Shown here piece after piece: positions 1-13,082 of a stretch of 64,000 bases of DNA (within the stretch, counting starts at the first letter, position 1; each line of letters opens with the position of its first letter). The notes beneath the pieces are model-generated. The model had not been told where the DNA came from. It saw only the letters and a list, made by a program, of their open reading frames with translations, and did not search any database. The position numbers were made by a program, and so were the translations under genes. The stretch covers positions 39,556,001-39,620,000 of the forward strand of contig OX597814.1 in NCBI GenBank assembly GCA_951406725.2, given 5' to 3'. This stretch comes from Octopus vulgaris (Eukaryota).

Positions 1-578
1 CGAAATTTTGCAACGTATTTCCGATGTATATTTTGAAGTTCCAACAGTACGTTGAACTAACGTAGATATTTAGCTTCGAAGCGACAGTGATTCTTTCCTT
101 GTATGTTCCACGTGGTAGAGCAGACACGACGTCATCGTCAGGTGGTCCGAGTCCTGTGCTGCTACCTTTCCAACGATGTTAGTTACGATGTATAGTGATA
201 ACCGATTTGGTATATCGTTTTGCGTGTAGAGCATGACTACATAGTGTAAATATAGGCGGGTGATAGTATATCATTGCATTAGAACACAACAAAGGAAATA
301 GTCTCTCTGCAATCGAGGATTTTGTACCCTAAAATTGAGCATGGGTTAGTAACAATATGGATTGAATTTTCGGGTTATCAGCAGGTAGAGTTAAAAGTTC
401 ACTAACAGGGAATATCTTAATTTGCTGTACTGTTATACTTGTATATTTAACACCCTACTGTTGAAACACAGTAAAAAAAAAAACGATTCGGTTACACTTT
501 TTAAAAGAAAAACATATACATATATAAAATAATACAAACATGGTAAGGTAAAATTAGCAGTTATCAAGTTACGTCGGT

Positions 579-579
<1 letters not shown>

Positions 580-652
<73 letters not shown>
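580..652. repeat. (TAA)n microsatellite
   Basis: Direct inspection. Confidence 0.98.
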
Positions 653-653
<1 letters not shown>

Positions 654-667
654 TACTCGTAATAATA

Positions 668-885
668 ATGATTTCAAATATTTATATTAGGATTGAAAGT
701 TTAGGAGGGGGCGTTATTCAATTACATCGATCCCTGATCTCAGCGGGTACTTATTTTATTGACCACGAGAGAGAAAAAAATATGCAGAGCTGACCTAGGC
801 AGTATTTCATCTCAGAACTCAAAGCACCGAAAGAAATACTGATGCAAATTTTGTCCGACACACCAACGATTTTGCCATCTCAGTA
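668..885 (-). mobile_element. SINE family B, old
   Basis: attacatcgatccc...ggtacttattttattgacc...ctcagaac. Confidence 0.6.
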
Positions 886-1435
886 CCTAAAGGATAAAAC
901 TACGAAAATAATAATAAAGTTATATATGTGTGTATATATGTGTGTGAATGTATGTTTGTTTATGTGTGTGTACTGTACCCTGTAATTTGGTATTGAGATT
1001 TATTTTACTTAATATTGCATGTAAACTTGTATGTAAGTGTTTGTGTGTAAATATGTGCGTGCATGGTGTCTGTATGTATGTTCATATGTATGTATACTTG
1101 TATTCGTGTATTTATGTGTATTTAAGAGAGCAAGTGAAGGCGTAAGTGATAAGTGGGAAAATTTCATAATACAATCGTTTTAACTGAAATATATCAAGTA
1201 TGAATTTTAATGCTACTGTTGTATTGGAATATATTGTTAATAGTAAAAATCTAACAGAATGGTAATGATTGCAAGAAAAGAAGATTTGAATCTCACAATG
1301 AGGTCACTGCTTTCAATTCATCCACATAAGAACCATTCCGCGCACACAAGTGAACTCATATGAGTGGGTGCGTGTGTGTGTGTTTGCGTGTTCGTGTCTG
1401 TGTGTGTGAGTATATACATATATACTAATATATAT

Positions 1436-1670
1436 CACTTTGATCACCTTGACCGACCAGTCCGTCAGGCGTCCATTTGACACCGCTGGTCACAGCACGC
1501 TGTCCACTCCTCTCTGCATCGCGCCTTTCTCATCCACGTGAAATCGTAACACCACCGTCGTGGAGGTCTTCCGGGTGGTCCTTTCCGCTCACGCGGGTAC
1601 CACTCGAAATCTGCGTGAGTCGGGCATTATCGGTGATTATCGGTGAGCCGGGCGACGTGTCCAGCCCGTC
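1436..1670 (-). mobile_element. 3' fragment of an RTE-clade LINE
   Basis: Minus strand RAGHVARLTDN...EWYPRERKGPPGRPPRRW, a typical RTE C-terminus, followed by a short tail. Confidence 0.8.
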
Positions 1671-1699
1671 TATACTTATATATATATATATATATATAC

Positions 1700-1768
<69 letters not shown>

Positions 1769-1832
1769 GGAGTAAACACATAAATGTGAAACAAGGTGGA
1801 AAAAAGAGTACTCAAATACCAGTGGTAGAGTA

Positions 1833-2000
1833 ATATGCTTTATTTTAAGCAGCAGAAAATTCAACAAAATCTGTTACTCTGAGTTTCTCGTTGCCGTTCA
1901 TCAGACAGTTTTTGCTAGCAAAAACTGTCTGATGAACGGCAACGAGAAACTCAGAGTAACAGATTTTGTTGAATTTTCTGCTGCTTAAAATAAAGTATAT
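1833..2000. repeat. Perfect palindrome (79-bp arms, 1838-1995, no spacer) of a Penelope-type terminal repeat
   Basis: Arms are exact reverse complements about GCT|AGC (1916/1917); the match extends to 1833-2000 with one mismatch. Confidence 0.95.
1921..1967 (+). ncRNA. Minimal type I hammerhead ribozyme motif (mirror copy on - strand at 1866-1912)
   Basis: aaaactgt-CTGATGA-acgGCAAcga-GAAA-ctcagag-TA-acagatttt: both core boxes, stem I, GUA triplet, quasi-palindromic stem III. The stem II closing pair is A.A (non-canonical). Confidence 0.65.
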
Positions 2001-2082
2001 ATATATATACTTCTACGTACACTTTCATATGCATGCATACATTTAGATATATATACATTTATATTTCAGTATAACTTGTATA

Positions 2083-2255
2083 AGGCAGCAACCTGGTAGA
2101 ATCGTTACCGCTCCGAGCAAAATGTTTAGCGGCAATTCGTCCGTCTTTACGTTCCAAATTCAAATTCTGCCGAGAAATTCCATTTCGGGGTCGATAAATT
2201 AAAGACCAGTTGAGCACCGGAGTCGATGTAACCGACTTACCCACTTCTTCGAACT
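2083..2255 (+). mobile_element. tRNA-derived SINE family B (Meta/MESC-like centre)
   Basis: ggcagcaacctggtagaatcgtta...ttcaaattctgccgag...ttcggggtcgataaattaa. Confidence 0.75.
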
Positions 2256-3112
2256 TGCTAACTTGTAAATAATTCTAGCATCCTACAGCGCATACCAGCC
2301 ACACATATATACTTTTATGTATTATTAAATGCCCGCGCTGAACTTGAAGTTGTTTGACATTATAGAGCAATCTGCTAAAGCCGTGTGCGAAATGTCAGTC
2401 TAGATATCTGTCGGTGTTTCTACCTGCCTGTCTGTCTGTCTTTCTATCTCTCTGTCTACACACACAAACACATACACATATATGTATATACACACAAACA
2501 TACACATATATATGTGTATACACATACACACAGACGGATAGATAGAGAGAAAGGGAGACAGATATGTACAGACAGATAGATAAATAGCTGTAGTGCATTA
2601 ACAAATGCGAAACTACATACAATATGAGTAAATGAATACGCGTATGTGCTTGTATACTGCTATTTGTAAGTGTCTCTCTCACTGCATACGTTTTTTAATT
2701 TATTTAGATGTTCATACATTTATATACGAGAGTGTATAAGAGAGATTATATGATGGCCATTGATGACCATATATTAAGACAACAAAATTACTCAGTTCAT
2801 GCGTGTTATGACAAAGTAGTAAAGTCAATTGTGATACATTTACGTACACACACACACATATATATATAGAAAGGAAGACAGAGAGGTATATATATACTTA
2901 TTCACTCACCCACACAGATACATGTACATTTGCAGTATGTGTGTGTGTGTATGTTTACGTATGTATACAAACATATATGCACACATTGATAAATACACAC
3001 AACACACACTGTACACACACAACATATATGTATGTGTATACATACATATATATGTATATATATATATATATATACATGTGTTTGTATGTTTATATGAATT
3101 ATTATGTGCATG

Positions 3113-3170
<58 letters not shown>

Positions 3171-6100
3171 TAGATATGTGTGTGTGTATATGTATGCATG
3201 TATTTATGTATGTATGTAAGTACGTACGTACGTATGTATGTATGTATGTATGTATGTATGTTTGTATGTATGTATGTATGTATGTATGTGTATTCATCAC
3301 ATCAGAGTAAACAACTTATGATAAATGATGTACAATTCTTAAATAGTCTCTAAGTTGGGTCAGACATGAAGGAATAATCTCTGGCAGAGAAAGCTTGATA
3401 ATGACAGTAATGGATTATTCGTATCCCCCTCCAGCTACCCACCTCATGACTTACAGACGCTCCTAATGTCTGCTACTGTATTTAGATCTGGTTCGTTATT
3501 GCAGCTACTGTGCAAGATGAAAATATTTCGAGTAACGGAAAATCCAGTTTTTTCTTATTCGCTACGTGGTTTTCCTGAATTGGCGAGAACTCTACTTTTA
3601 GATGCACCAGGAAAACATTATAATGCCATTCTTGTGTTGTAGTTGTTGCTGTTATTGATGTATTGTTCTTATATTCGTTATAGGAGTCGTTGGTGTAACG
3701 TTTTGTTCCTTCCAGTTTTCGACCAATCTATACTTACATTTCGTCCCTCGCTGTGAGGTTTAATTTAGGTGAAATTTATATATTTGATATCAAACTCGTT
3801 GTTGCTGTAATTACCGCTGAAGTAGCTGATGTGAATGATGATGATGATCATCATCATGATTGTGACGATGATGTTGCGGTTCATAACGATATTGCTCCGT
3901 AGGGTGGTCCTGTTGATGATAGCGGTCATGGTCATGATTTTGTGCCTCCTGCTGCTGCTCTTTTTAATTCTATTTTCCGACAAACTCTGTGTCTTTCTGT
4001 TGCTATTTTGATTTTGACCCGCTATAAATAGTAGCCAAGCTCTTCTTCTCCTAAGTCGGACATTATCTTAAATCACAACTAAAGGAAAATACCTATGATA
4101 AGAAAATGCATGCTTTGCGATTAGTTTTTGTTTGGTAATTTTGATTTACCTTAGTGGATCTTGGGCTACGTTGATCTTCCTGTGAAACTTGATTTTCATC
4201 TGAAATTTATTTCCCAAATGCTCAGACCTGTTTTTTTTGTGTGTGTGTATGTGAGCGTATACGAGGAAATGAGTACAAATGTCTGTTCCACACACCAACA
4301 ATGTTGTGCAAAGGGAAACAAGGGTCGATATTGACAGGCACCAGCGTTGTTACAGGAGTTGTCATCAGAACGCTAACTACAGGAAAATACATTACAACGC
4401 ATCACGGAGAAATTAATATTTTCACCGACGCAGAAAACCAGTTTGCTACTTTTTTATCCACTCTTTAAAAGATGATTAGGAAATATGATGTCAGTAAGAT
4501 TTTAAATCAGTTTGGAGAGAGATGCAACAAATACCTCTGATGATTTTGCTCATTCATGGATCTCTAAGATGAAATATTAACGACAGCAACATCAAAAACA
4601 ACGACGACGTAATGGACATCAAGAATTGCCAGTAGTAGTTAAATGTATTAACAACAATGATAACGAAGATAGTTTGGATGCTGGTTGCTTAAATGTTTGT
4701 GCAGCTAAGAAGAAACGCAGTATATAATCTTGTGACATATATGTGTGTGTACGTGTGTATGAATACAATTTTTATTTTGTAATTACATTCTTATTATAAA
4801 TATACTTTATTAGATAAGCAATGATTCAATAAGTTCTAGACTGGTTGTAACTGGAACATCTCTGGTCACAAATTTAATTGCCCTGGGATCAGGTAACAGC
4901 AGCAAATAAAATGGTTGAATATATGTTAGAAATAGCACCCAAATCACCTGAAATCACAGAATAGCTTCATTAAGCGGAATTCTTTGTCCAATGTATTTCT
5001 TGATTTAGAAATTATGAGATGGCCATGCCTGTAATACTTTTAAACAAAAATTTAATTGATCATTGCTGTCCTGGGCAAAAAACAGCAACAGCATCACGAA
5101 ATGATCATCAATTCTCTATGTAAACTGTTCTTCATCGCGTTTTACATCATTTTCCTTTCTCTATTTTCTTATTACACATACTGTTTATGTCTTTCTATGT
5201 CTCTCATGCGATGTCTCTTTATCACTCTAAATATAAATTCATTACCTAACTATCGTAAACAATGTAACAACAGAACCAGGCATAGATCAACGTTTTGAAA
5301 GATAAATTTACTGCACCAGAATTTTTATGCTTTGCTTTGGTTTTTGTATTTTTACTTTAATTTTATGTTGTTTTTCTAAAATTGTTTCGTGATTTCGTTT
5401 TCATGTTTATCACTCTTTGCTTGTTCTGTTTTCTTGTCTATTATTCGGACACTATCAATTTACACCTCTTTCAGTTACATTCAAAATCACATTATGTAAA
5501 TTTGTTCGTTTATACTTTGTTCTCAAAGTAACACTTGTTCAGCTATGAAAACCGCTAGTTTCTAGAAACTCTCAGTATAATTCATTTTATTTACATTTCC
5601 TGTCATTGAACCTTGTGATTTGAAATTTTCGGCTGCCATTTTAAATATATTTGTTACAGAGCCTTGATTCTTCATCTGTTTCAATTCATTACAAAATGCC
5701 TCGTATTAATGATAATTAAAGATAATGAAATATCCATACAGTACTACTGTTAGATGACATTTGATAGGGCTCTATTAAAGTAACAGAGAACACTACTCAA
5801 TATTGTCGACGCAAAGACCGATCTGTAGCTGTAAATATATATATTTTCCTGTACCGAATTGAGGACAAAGCCTGTTTACCGACGTCTATCTTATGAGTAT
5901 TCACACGAAAAGATTACTTTGAGTAATACAAAATACCTTGATGAAGCGAATGAATGACAACGTCAGATACTGTCGTAAAAATTGCAATTATCGTTTCCAT
6001 CGTTCTCAAGAGCCGAACAAGAAAATTAATCGCTTGTTCTAAATGTTCTGAAACAACCAATCGATCTTTTCCTTTGAAGAAAAATGTAACCACACTGTGA

Positions 6101-6299
6101 TGAACTACATTGTCAGTTCATCAACTTCAACACAAATATTTAGAGCAGCATTCATCCTTCCTGATATTATGTGGTTGTGTATACATACGAATATACGTAC
6201 ATTACAAACACACATAAACATACATAGCTATATATGTGTACACACATTTATAAATATGTATGTGCATATATATAAATATTTGAGCTTGTATGGACACAA

Positions 6300-6393
6300 C
6301 ACACACAGACATACCATACACAGACATACCACACACGCACACAGACATACCATACACAGACATACCACACACGCACACAGACATACCACACAC
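6300..6393. repeat. Minisatellite, 36-bp unit built from CACAGACATACCA subunits
   Basis: About 2.5 tandem copies of cacagacataccatacacagacataccacacacgca. Confidence 0.85.
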
Positions 6394-8571
6394 ATGTATG
6401 TATGAGTACATGCATACGTGTATGTGTATGTGTGTATGAGAGAGAGAGAGAGAAAGAGTGGGTGAGAGAGAAAGATAGAGTGGAGGAAAGAGATTATTTT
6501 CGCGTATGCTTTTGTGTATCGAGGCATCTTTCTTACACTGAATATAAATAGAGACAGAGACACGCTTAAATATCCATACCCACAGACACATGTTAACAAT
6601 TACACACGCACGCGCAGACATACGCAATAACCCAACATGCACATATATAAATTTACGTCCCAGAGCTGAGTAATAAATGCTGAATCAACTGACTGCAGCT
6701 TTCTCAAATAACTGTCTATGTTTAATTAATTAGGTTGTCCATAGTAATTTGAGATTAAATTTCATGTAAAAGAAACAAATAAATAAATGAAGCTATTGTC
6801 ACATCAAACAAACAAAGTAGAATTAATGTGATCCAGATGATATTGTTATGACTACATAGCTTTAACTGACGACCGTACACGTTCCTGTCCTGCATACGAT
6901 CAAACGTTGATAATTTTCAAATCAGACAAGAATGAAAAAGGAAATAAGCAAAAACACATGATATAAGAAATAAAATAAAATCATGGTGGCATACTCTAGA
7001 CGGAGCAGTCGATAAATATAAATAAATAATATTTTATATAAAGAAAAACATTGTATGAAAAAATAATATTAAAAATGTTTCTTTATTTGCCACAAGGGTT
7101 CCAAGATCTGCAACAAAATACAATATACTTAAAAAGAGGAGTTACGATTGTGTGTGGTGAGATAGAAATTTTATTTGGAAACCAAGAAAAGGGTGAAGTA
7201 CGTGAATTTATGATATTTTGAGAAACAAAAAAGGCACGGGAAAAATATAAAAAAGAATATAATAATATACATATCGTTTACAACCAGATTCAGTTTCTAA
7301 ACCAGGGGACCCCCTACACATTGATGGCCGAATGGCCAGTAGCTAATTGCGTGAATCAGTAAGCTTTATGATTATGATTAAACGAACTCTCCAATGTTTC
7401 CCTATATAGTTTATAGCTGGAGATTTCTGAATCTCCCGTTAGAGGTTCATGATTTACAGCGGCCATATAACGTTTATATGAGTTACATTGTTTTATATGA
7501 TTTTTTGTTTTATGGATTTAAATGGTTATAAAAGTTGCACCTACAGTGAGACTTTTATAAATATCTCCTAATAATGTTTTAAATTTCTACTTCTATATTT
7601 AAAATTTTGATAGAAATATAATCTATCTCCTTCTTGATCAGAACTTCGTCAGCGAAGTGTTAAGCTTTTTCGAATAGGCTTCCCTGCTACTGTTCCGAAT
7701 GGCTCTGAATTACACTTCCTTCAAAGGGTATGTGAGTCGGTTCCTCCGCATAATCTCATTCACTGAATATATGCTATTCCTTAGCAAAGTGAGTCTGTTC
7801 ACGGGGATGCACATTATTGCACTCTTTTAATTACAATTATTTTATGGTTTTCTTTGCATTTGTTTTAGTTCTTTGATCAAAAAAGCGAAATGATATGCTT
7901 CGGCCAAAATCTGGTCGCCTTTCTCATAAATGGACGAGGAGCTGGCCAAATATAAAGCGGATAACACAATGAATAAATTTGAAGTAGAATAAGTGTAAAA
8001 TTATATTAAAACACGCCATAAATAAAAGAAAACAAAATATTTTAAAAACATCTCGCAAAACTTACAAGTCAGAGTGAGTCATTGTACCACACAACTCTGA
8101 CCATCTTTATTGTTCCCTCCAACTTCTTTCGAGTATCGAGGTTCTGTCGTTGTCAAACTACCCATGGACATAGGCAAGAAAGTCTCCGAACCTAGAAAAC
8201 TTCTTCAGAGCAAGAGTTGATGTTAGCCAAATCTGTGTTCCCTCTTTTCTTAGGGCTTTGTTTACACGCAGTGTCTTTTGTTCGAAGCACTAAGCACACA
8301 ATCCTGTAAGCCTCATAGTGCTGGACGAGAAGCATTTCTCTTTCACTTTTGACAGTATATCTACTAGCTTCTATTTTGAAGGAAGGTGAATATCACCACT
8401 GCTTTTCGTGTGAAAATGGTAACTTTTCTCCTTGATTGCTCTCAAATATGCTTTTTAGGCAATGAAAGACCGTATATCTCAAAATAGCTTTTTATAGAAT
8501 ATTTTCTTTGGAGTTAGTTTGGTGTTGTCAAGCTGCCTTTTCTGATGCAGTTGTAATACAGATAAGACTCT

Positions 8572-8729
8572 TATACCAAAAATGTTGCACTAGGCACTGC
8601 ACACATCCTACGCAGAACACTTTCCATACAAAAACCATCAGAGCATCACAACAAATCACAGCACATACCTAAGGCATACAGAGCTGCGCTCGGTAGTGAA
8701 GTGAAAGCACGCTATAAAAAAAACCTACT

Positions 8730-8730
<1 letters not shown>
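8572..8730 (+). mobile_element. 3' terminal fragment of a second R4/Dong-like family
   Basis: 8590-8631 translates LGTAHILRRTLSIQ, homologous to the main element's C-terminus TGTSHVLRRALSM; a 3' UTR follows, then (TAA)n. Confidence 0.8.
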
Positions 8731-8920
<190 letters not shown>

Positions 8921-10399
8921 GTGATAATAATAAAGATTGCTTGTAAATGTAATTGTGGTGTGGTATGGGGGTGATTTCTAGGAATGCCACGTTACTTTTA
9001 CAGTTATCGACGTGATATTTGAACTATATTCATTGCATATATATATTTTGCTGCCTTCTATTCCGCTTGCCGATTGACTACTGAGCAACAGACGCTGACT
9101 GGAATGCTACTAGATGTTATCATTCTCACAGTTGGCTCAGAAAGACAGTAGATAGTTGATGTGTCTTTGAGCGCTGTGATTAAGATAAAATGTAGAAATT
9201 TATTTAATTCATGTTAAACGTGATACTTATCTTAACAATTGTGCACGGGTGAGCCAACGAGAAGTCTCTATATATCAATCATTAAGTTTATGCTGGATCT
9301 GTTTGGACTTCTCTAATACCAGCCTAATACCCTGCATGTATATTTGTACAATATCGTTTGAAAAAAAAGAGTAACTACAATCGATATTGTCATAAATGCA
9401 GTATGCGCATGTTTTAAACTGCATTCGGTTGTGGGGCCCTGAAATGTGTGGAGCAACCTCTTAGCCACGATTGTTCCCAGTTTTACTCTGATCCAGAGTG
9501 ATTGCACCTTTCAGGGTCACAGCTATAGGGTACTTAGCATATTATGGTTTACCTACCTTTCTATCAGGCGGAATCTGCGGAAGCGACCTTTATGGTTCAG
9601 TGGAGAGGAAGACGGCTTCAGCAATGCACTGTGGAGTGAAGAGAAGGGGACTGAAGCAAGTAAGATATCTTGGTCATCCACTGCATCCGTCTTTATCCTG
9701 ACTCGTCTTCACTTAGTCCTTCCACTAGGTTGAAGATGGTTGCGAACGAGAGATTGAAATGAGCAGCGCGCAACGCTTCTTCACTTTAAATAACGTCACT
9801 GTGAAAGTCATCGGTCATCACTTAGGAGGACTAGGGTCCTCGTCACAAAGACAGACGAACATACTTTCGGATAAAAAAGAAACGGGGTGGTTATAGATGA
9901 AGTATCTTTGATCATGGGTTACTTGAACTAAAACTGAGCTAGTGCTAAATAGCAATAACCATAACCACCCTATACTGCTGATGTTGAAATACCTCTCATT
10001 AAAAATATTGAAGTATTTGAATATCTTTATGCAAATCTAAAATTTCGTAAAGTCTGTAAACACCTACTTGTAGTTTCGGTTTATTGACGTTAAGCGGATC
10101 ACAATTAATTCATAAATCTCCCTACACCTTTTTAAAAAAGTTTCTTGACAGCCATTTTCAAACTATGAGCAAACAATAAGTAACAGAGAATGTTTTGAAA
10201 ATATTTTTGTAGATTTGATGTCTTTGCATATGATTAAGTTCTCCAAAAGCTCATCCACTTAAACAAGTCAACTATTAAATTTTATTTCTATTATTAATCG
10301 AGTGGAAATCAAGCTTAAGTAAATTTGATAGCTTTCAGTATGTAAATAGTTATATTTCTTTCGACATTTTAAACGAAGAAATTTTCTATCATGTAATTT

Positions 10400-10585
10400 T
10401 TTCATTCATTGTACTGCAGCCAGTCTGGGGAACTGCATTTAGTCAAACAGATCGAGTACTGGACTGATTTATAAAGTCTGGTACTTACTCTGTCGGTCTG
10501 TTTGCTAAACCGCTAAGTTACAAGTACGTAAACCAATCAACATCGGCCAAGTGGTTGTGGAGGGGACACAAAGACACACACGCAT
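10400..10585 (-). mobile_element. SINE family A, 3' half, old
   Basis: ggtacttactctgtcggtctgtttgctaaaccgctaagtta matches the family tail region. Confidence 0.6.
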
Positions 10586-10629
<44 letters not shown>

Positions 10630-10636
10630 CGAGTTT

Positions 10637-10683
<47 letters not shown>

Positions 10684-11123
10684 CGAGTTTCACTCGCAAA
10701 GCTAATGCCTGGGGCATTAGTAGAGCACACTTGCTTCAGATTGATCCCGAATCTATGCAGTTTCAAAAGGAGGTTCTTGAACTCTCATCCATAAATTTTT
10801 GGTGCTCAATGCAAAACTTCTCTAGCGAAACAAAATTAATATCCTTTCCAATTATAGTCATTTCATGTATTCGGACATGAAAGAATTTATTGCCCAATAC
10901 ATCCTTCTTATTTTTTAAAGTTAGTTAAGCTATATTTGTTTGCAGGTTGAGTGGCGGTTTAGAATAGTTTATTGGCATATTTCTTCTTTAAACTAATTTC
11001 CTTTACGGCCCCTCCGCAAATTCTGTCATGTCAACTACACGCCTCTCCAAAATACATATGTCCTGTAAGAAATCTATCACATTGCTTAAAGTGAAGACAG
11101 TAGAGTTAGTAGAGAGCTATACG

Positions 11124-11164
11124 ATATGCCTAATTCCAAGCTTTACGCTTGGAATTAGGCATAT
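11124..11164. repeat. Perfect 18-bp-stem hairpin with 5-nt loop
   Basis: atatgcctaattccaagc-tttac-gcttggaattaggcatat. Confidence 0.95.
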
Positions 11165-11769
11165 TAAGCTTTGAATATAGGCATGGGGTGTATTGAAACA
11201 TGAAAATCCAAACTTTAGGTGCATTCGGGATTGGCTTAGGTCATCATGACATAAAATTATGTAAATATAAATCTATAAACATACATATTTTCTAATTTTT
11301 CAGTTCTTTTTCTTCTTACAGATATCCTCTAATCCTTTAGACGTATTTACTACAAAATAAGGGATTACCAGAATAAGAAGTATTAATTTGAAAATATGGC
11401 TTATAAGATTTGACGAACAAATGTGGATTTAATGTTTATTTTTTTCTTTATTCTCTCGCTCGATTTTATTTCTCGGTTACACATATATATTCAGCTGAAG
11501 AAAATTAATCTCTGAATTTAGCCACTAAATTCTTATTAGTACCAGTTGTGTAACTGGTATTCATCTAATTCATCATATACACTAGTATGCAGGTATTCCA
11601 TCACATATACGTTCGTTGTTTTATGTATGTATGCATCAATGAATGTTGGTAGGTAGGTTTATAAGCAGATAGTGAGGCAGGCAGGCATGGTTGTAGATAG
11701 GTCGGTAGGTAAGTTATACAGCTATAATCATACAATTAACAATTTCCGGGTATCTCTTTTGCTGGTTTC

Positions 11770-11992
11770 TTATTTCTTTTTTGCCCACAAGAAGCTACAC
11801 ACAGAGGGTACAAACAAGGACAGACTAACGGATTAAGTCGATTATATCGACCCCAATGCATAACTGGTACTTATTTAATCGACCCCGAAAGAATGAAAGG
11901 CAAAGTTGACCTCGGCGGAATTTGAACTCAGAACGTAGCAGCAGACGAAATAACGCTAAGCATTTCTCTCGGCGTGCTAACGATACTGCTGG
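11770..11992 (-). mobile_element. SINE family B
   Basis: ggtacttatttaatcgaccccgaaagaatgaaaggcaaagttgacctcggcggaatttgaactcagaacg. Confidence 0.85.
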
Positions 11993-12845
11993 TTTCTGTG
12001 GTCATTCAGAGTGAGAAAATATGAAAACATATTAGTTGTGAAAAGTACTTTTGTTCTTGGCTATGTGGATTATTAGTCTTAGTTTTTGTTCGCCAAACAG
12101 TATAAAAGGAACGGTGACATTTTAGGCAATCTCACCAATTTGAAGCAGTCATTCCGTTATCCCAATGCAACAGATTAAATACCTGAATGAAATAATAAAA
12201 AAAAAAACAGAGACTTTCCTTCCCTGAGTAAAAGATATGCATCTGGAAGATCGTGGTACTTTCTAGCGATGCCTGATATAGCAGTACCTAGCAGTACTTC
12301 AATACCTAGCGACTTAAGAGATCTATACGGGTAGAGGTAGTTTTTTAAGAAACGCATGAACATCACATTACATGAAATCTATGTCAGTGATGAAAATCGA
12401 CTAAGCGCATCGGTATCCAAACCATTCACTTATCAAAAACCAAGAACGGACGGAGAACAATAGAAATAACATAAAATGTCATATTAATGATGTGGTCGCA
12501 CTACGCCCAAAGTTAAATTACTGTGATACATAAAAGTATAAAAATATGGGTATATGCATACACACATATGAAGAAAGATCGATAAATACACACACATAAA
12601 TGTGACTTAATGCAATAAAGTATTTCTTGATCCATTGTCACTAAACATCTAAATGCACATGGAACACTTAACGCAGTGCTTCAATCAAGAATAATAGTGA
12701 AACGTTCGTACGGATTATAATATAAACTTGTCCTTAACATTATTTACCTCTCTCTTTCTCTCTCTCTCTCTCTCATGGACGCACAAGCACACACACACAC
12801 ACGCACATAACATACATACATGCATACATACATACATATATACAT

Positions 12846-13082
12846 TATGGCTGTCCCCTCGTTATCGAGTATGGCCATTGCACGAAGCTTAACTGTTACT
12901 GGTGCTGTGATCGAATGTGACTTTTTAGCCCAGCCAATGATCTACAAAGTATTGTACAGAATTGGCAACTAAAACCTTTACCGGTAATAGCCGGCTGTAG
13001 TTGTAACTGGGCTCTATGTACCTTTGCATGTCGTTTAAGTCCTCCTGCCGAATTACACTCTCTTCCACATGCCCGACATGCA
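12846..13082 (-). mobile_element. 3' end of a LINE (likely RTE clade) with two C2H2 zinc fingers, inserted in (TACA)n
   Basis: CRACGRECNSAGGLKRHAKVH and CQFCTILCRSLAGLKSHIRSQH*, then a short 3' UTR (gccatactcgataacgaggggacagccat); (TACA)n on both sides. Confidence 0.7.

Noticed and set aside
7050-8500. Possible very old LINE debris (also 9420-9860 and 47190-48720)
   Set aside because: Strand-biased composition suggests TE origin, but I could not read diagnostic motifs with confidence.
12175-12340. EVLLGTA motif suggesting a fourth Dong-like 3' end
   Set aside because: Match too short and decayed, and there is no proper TAA array; not supportable without an alignment.
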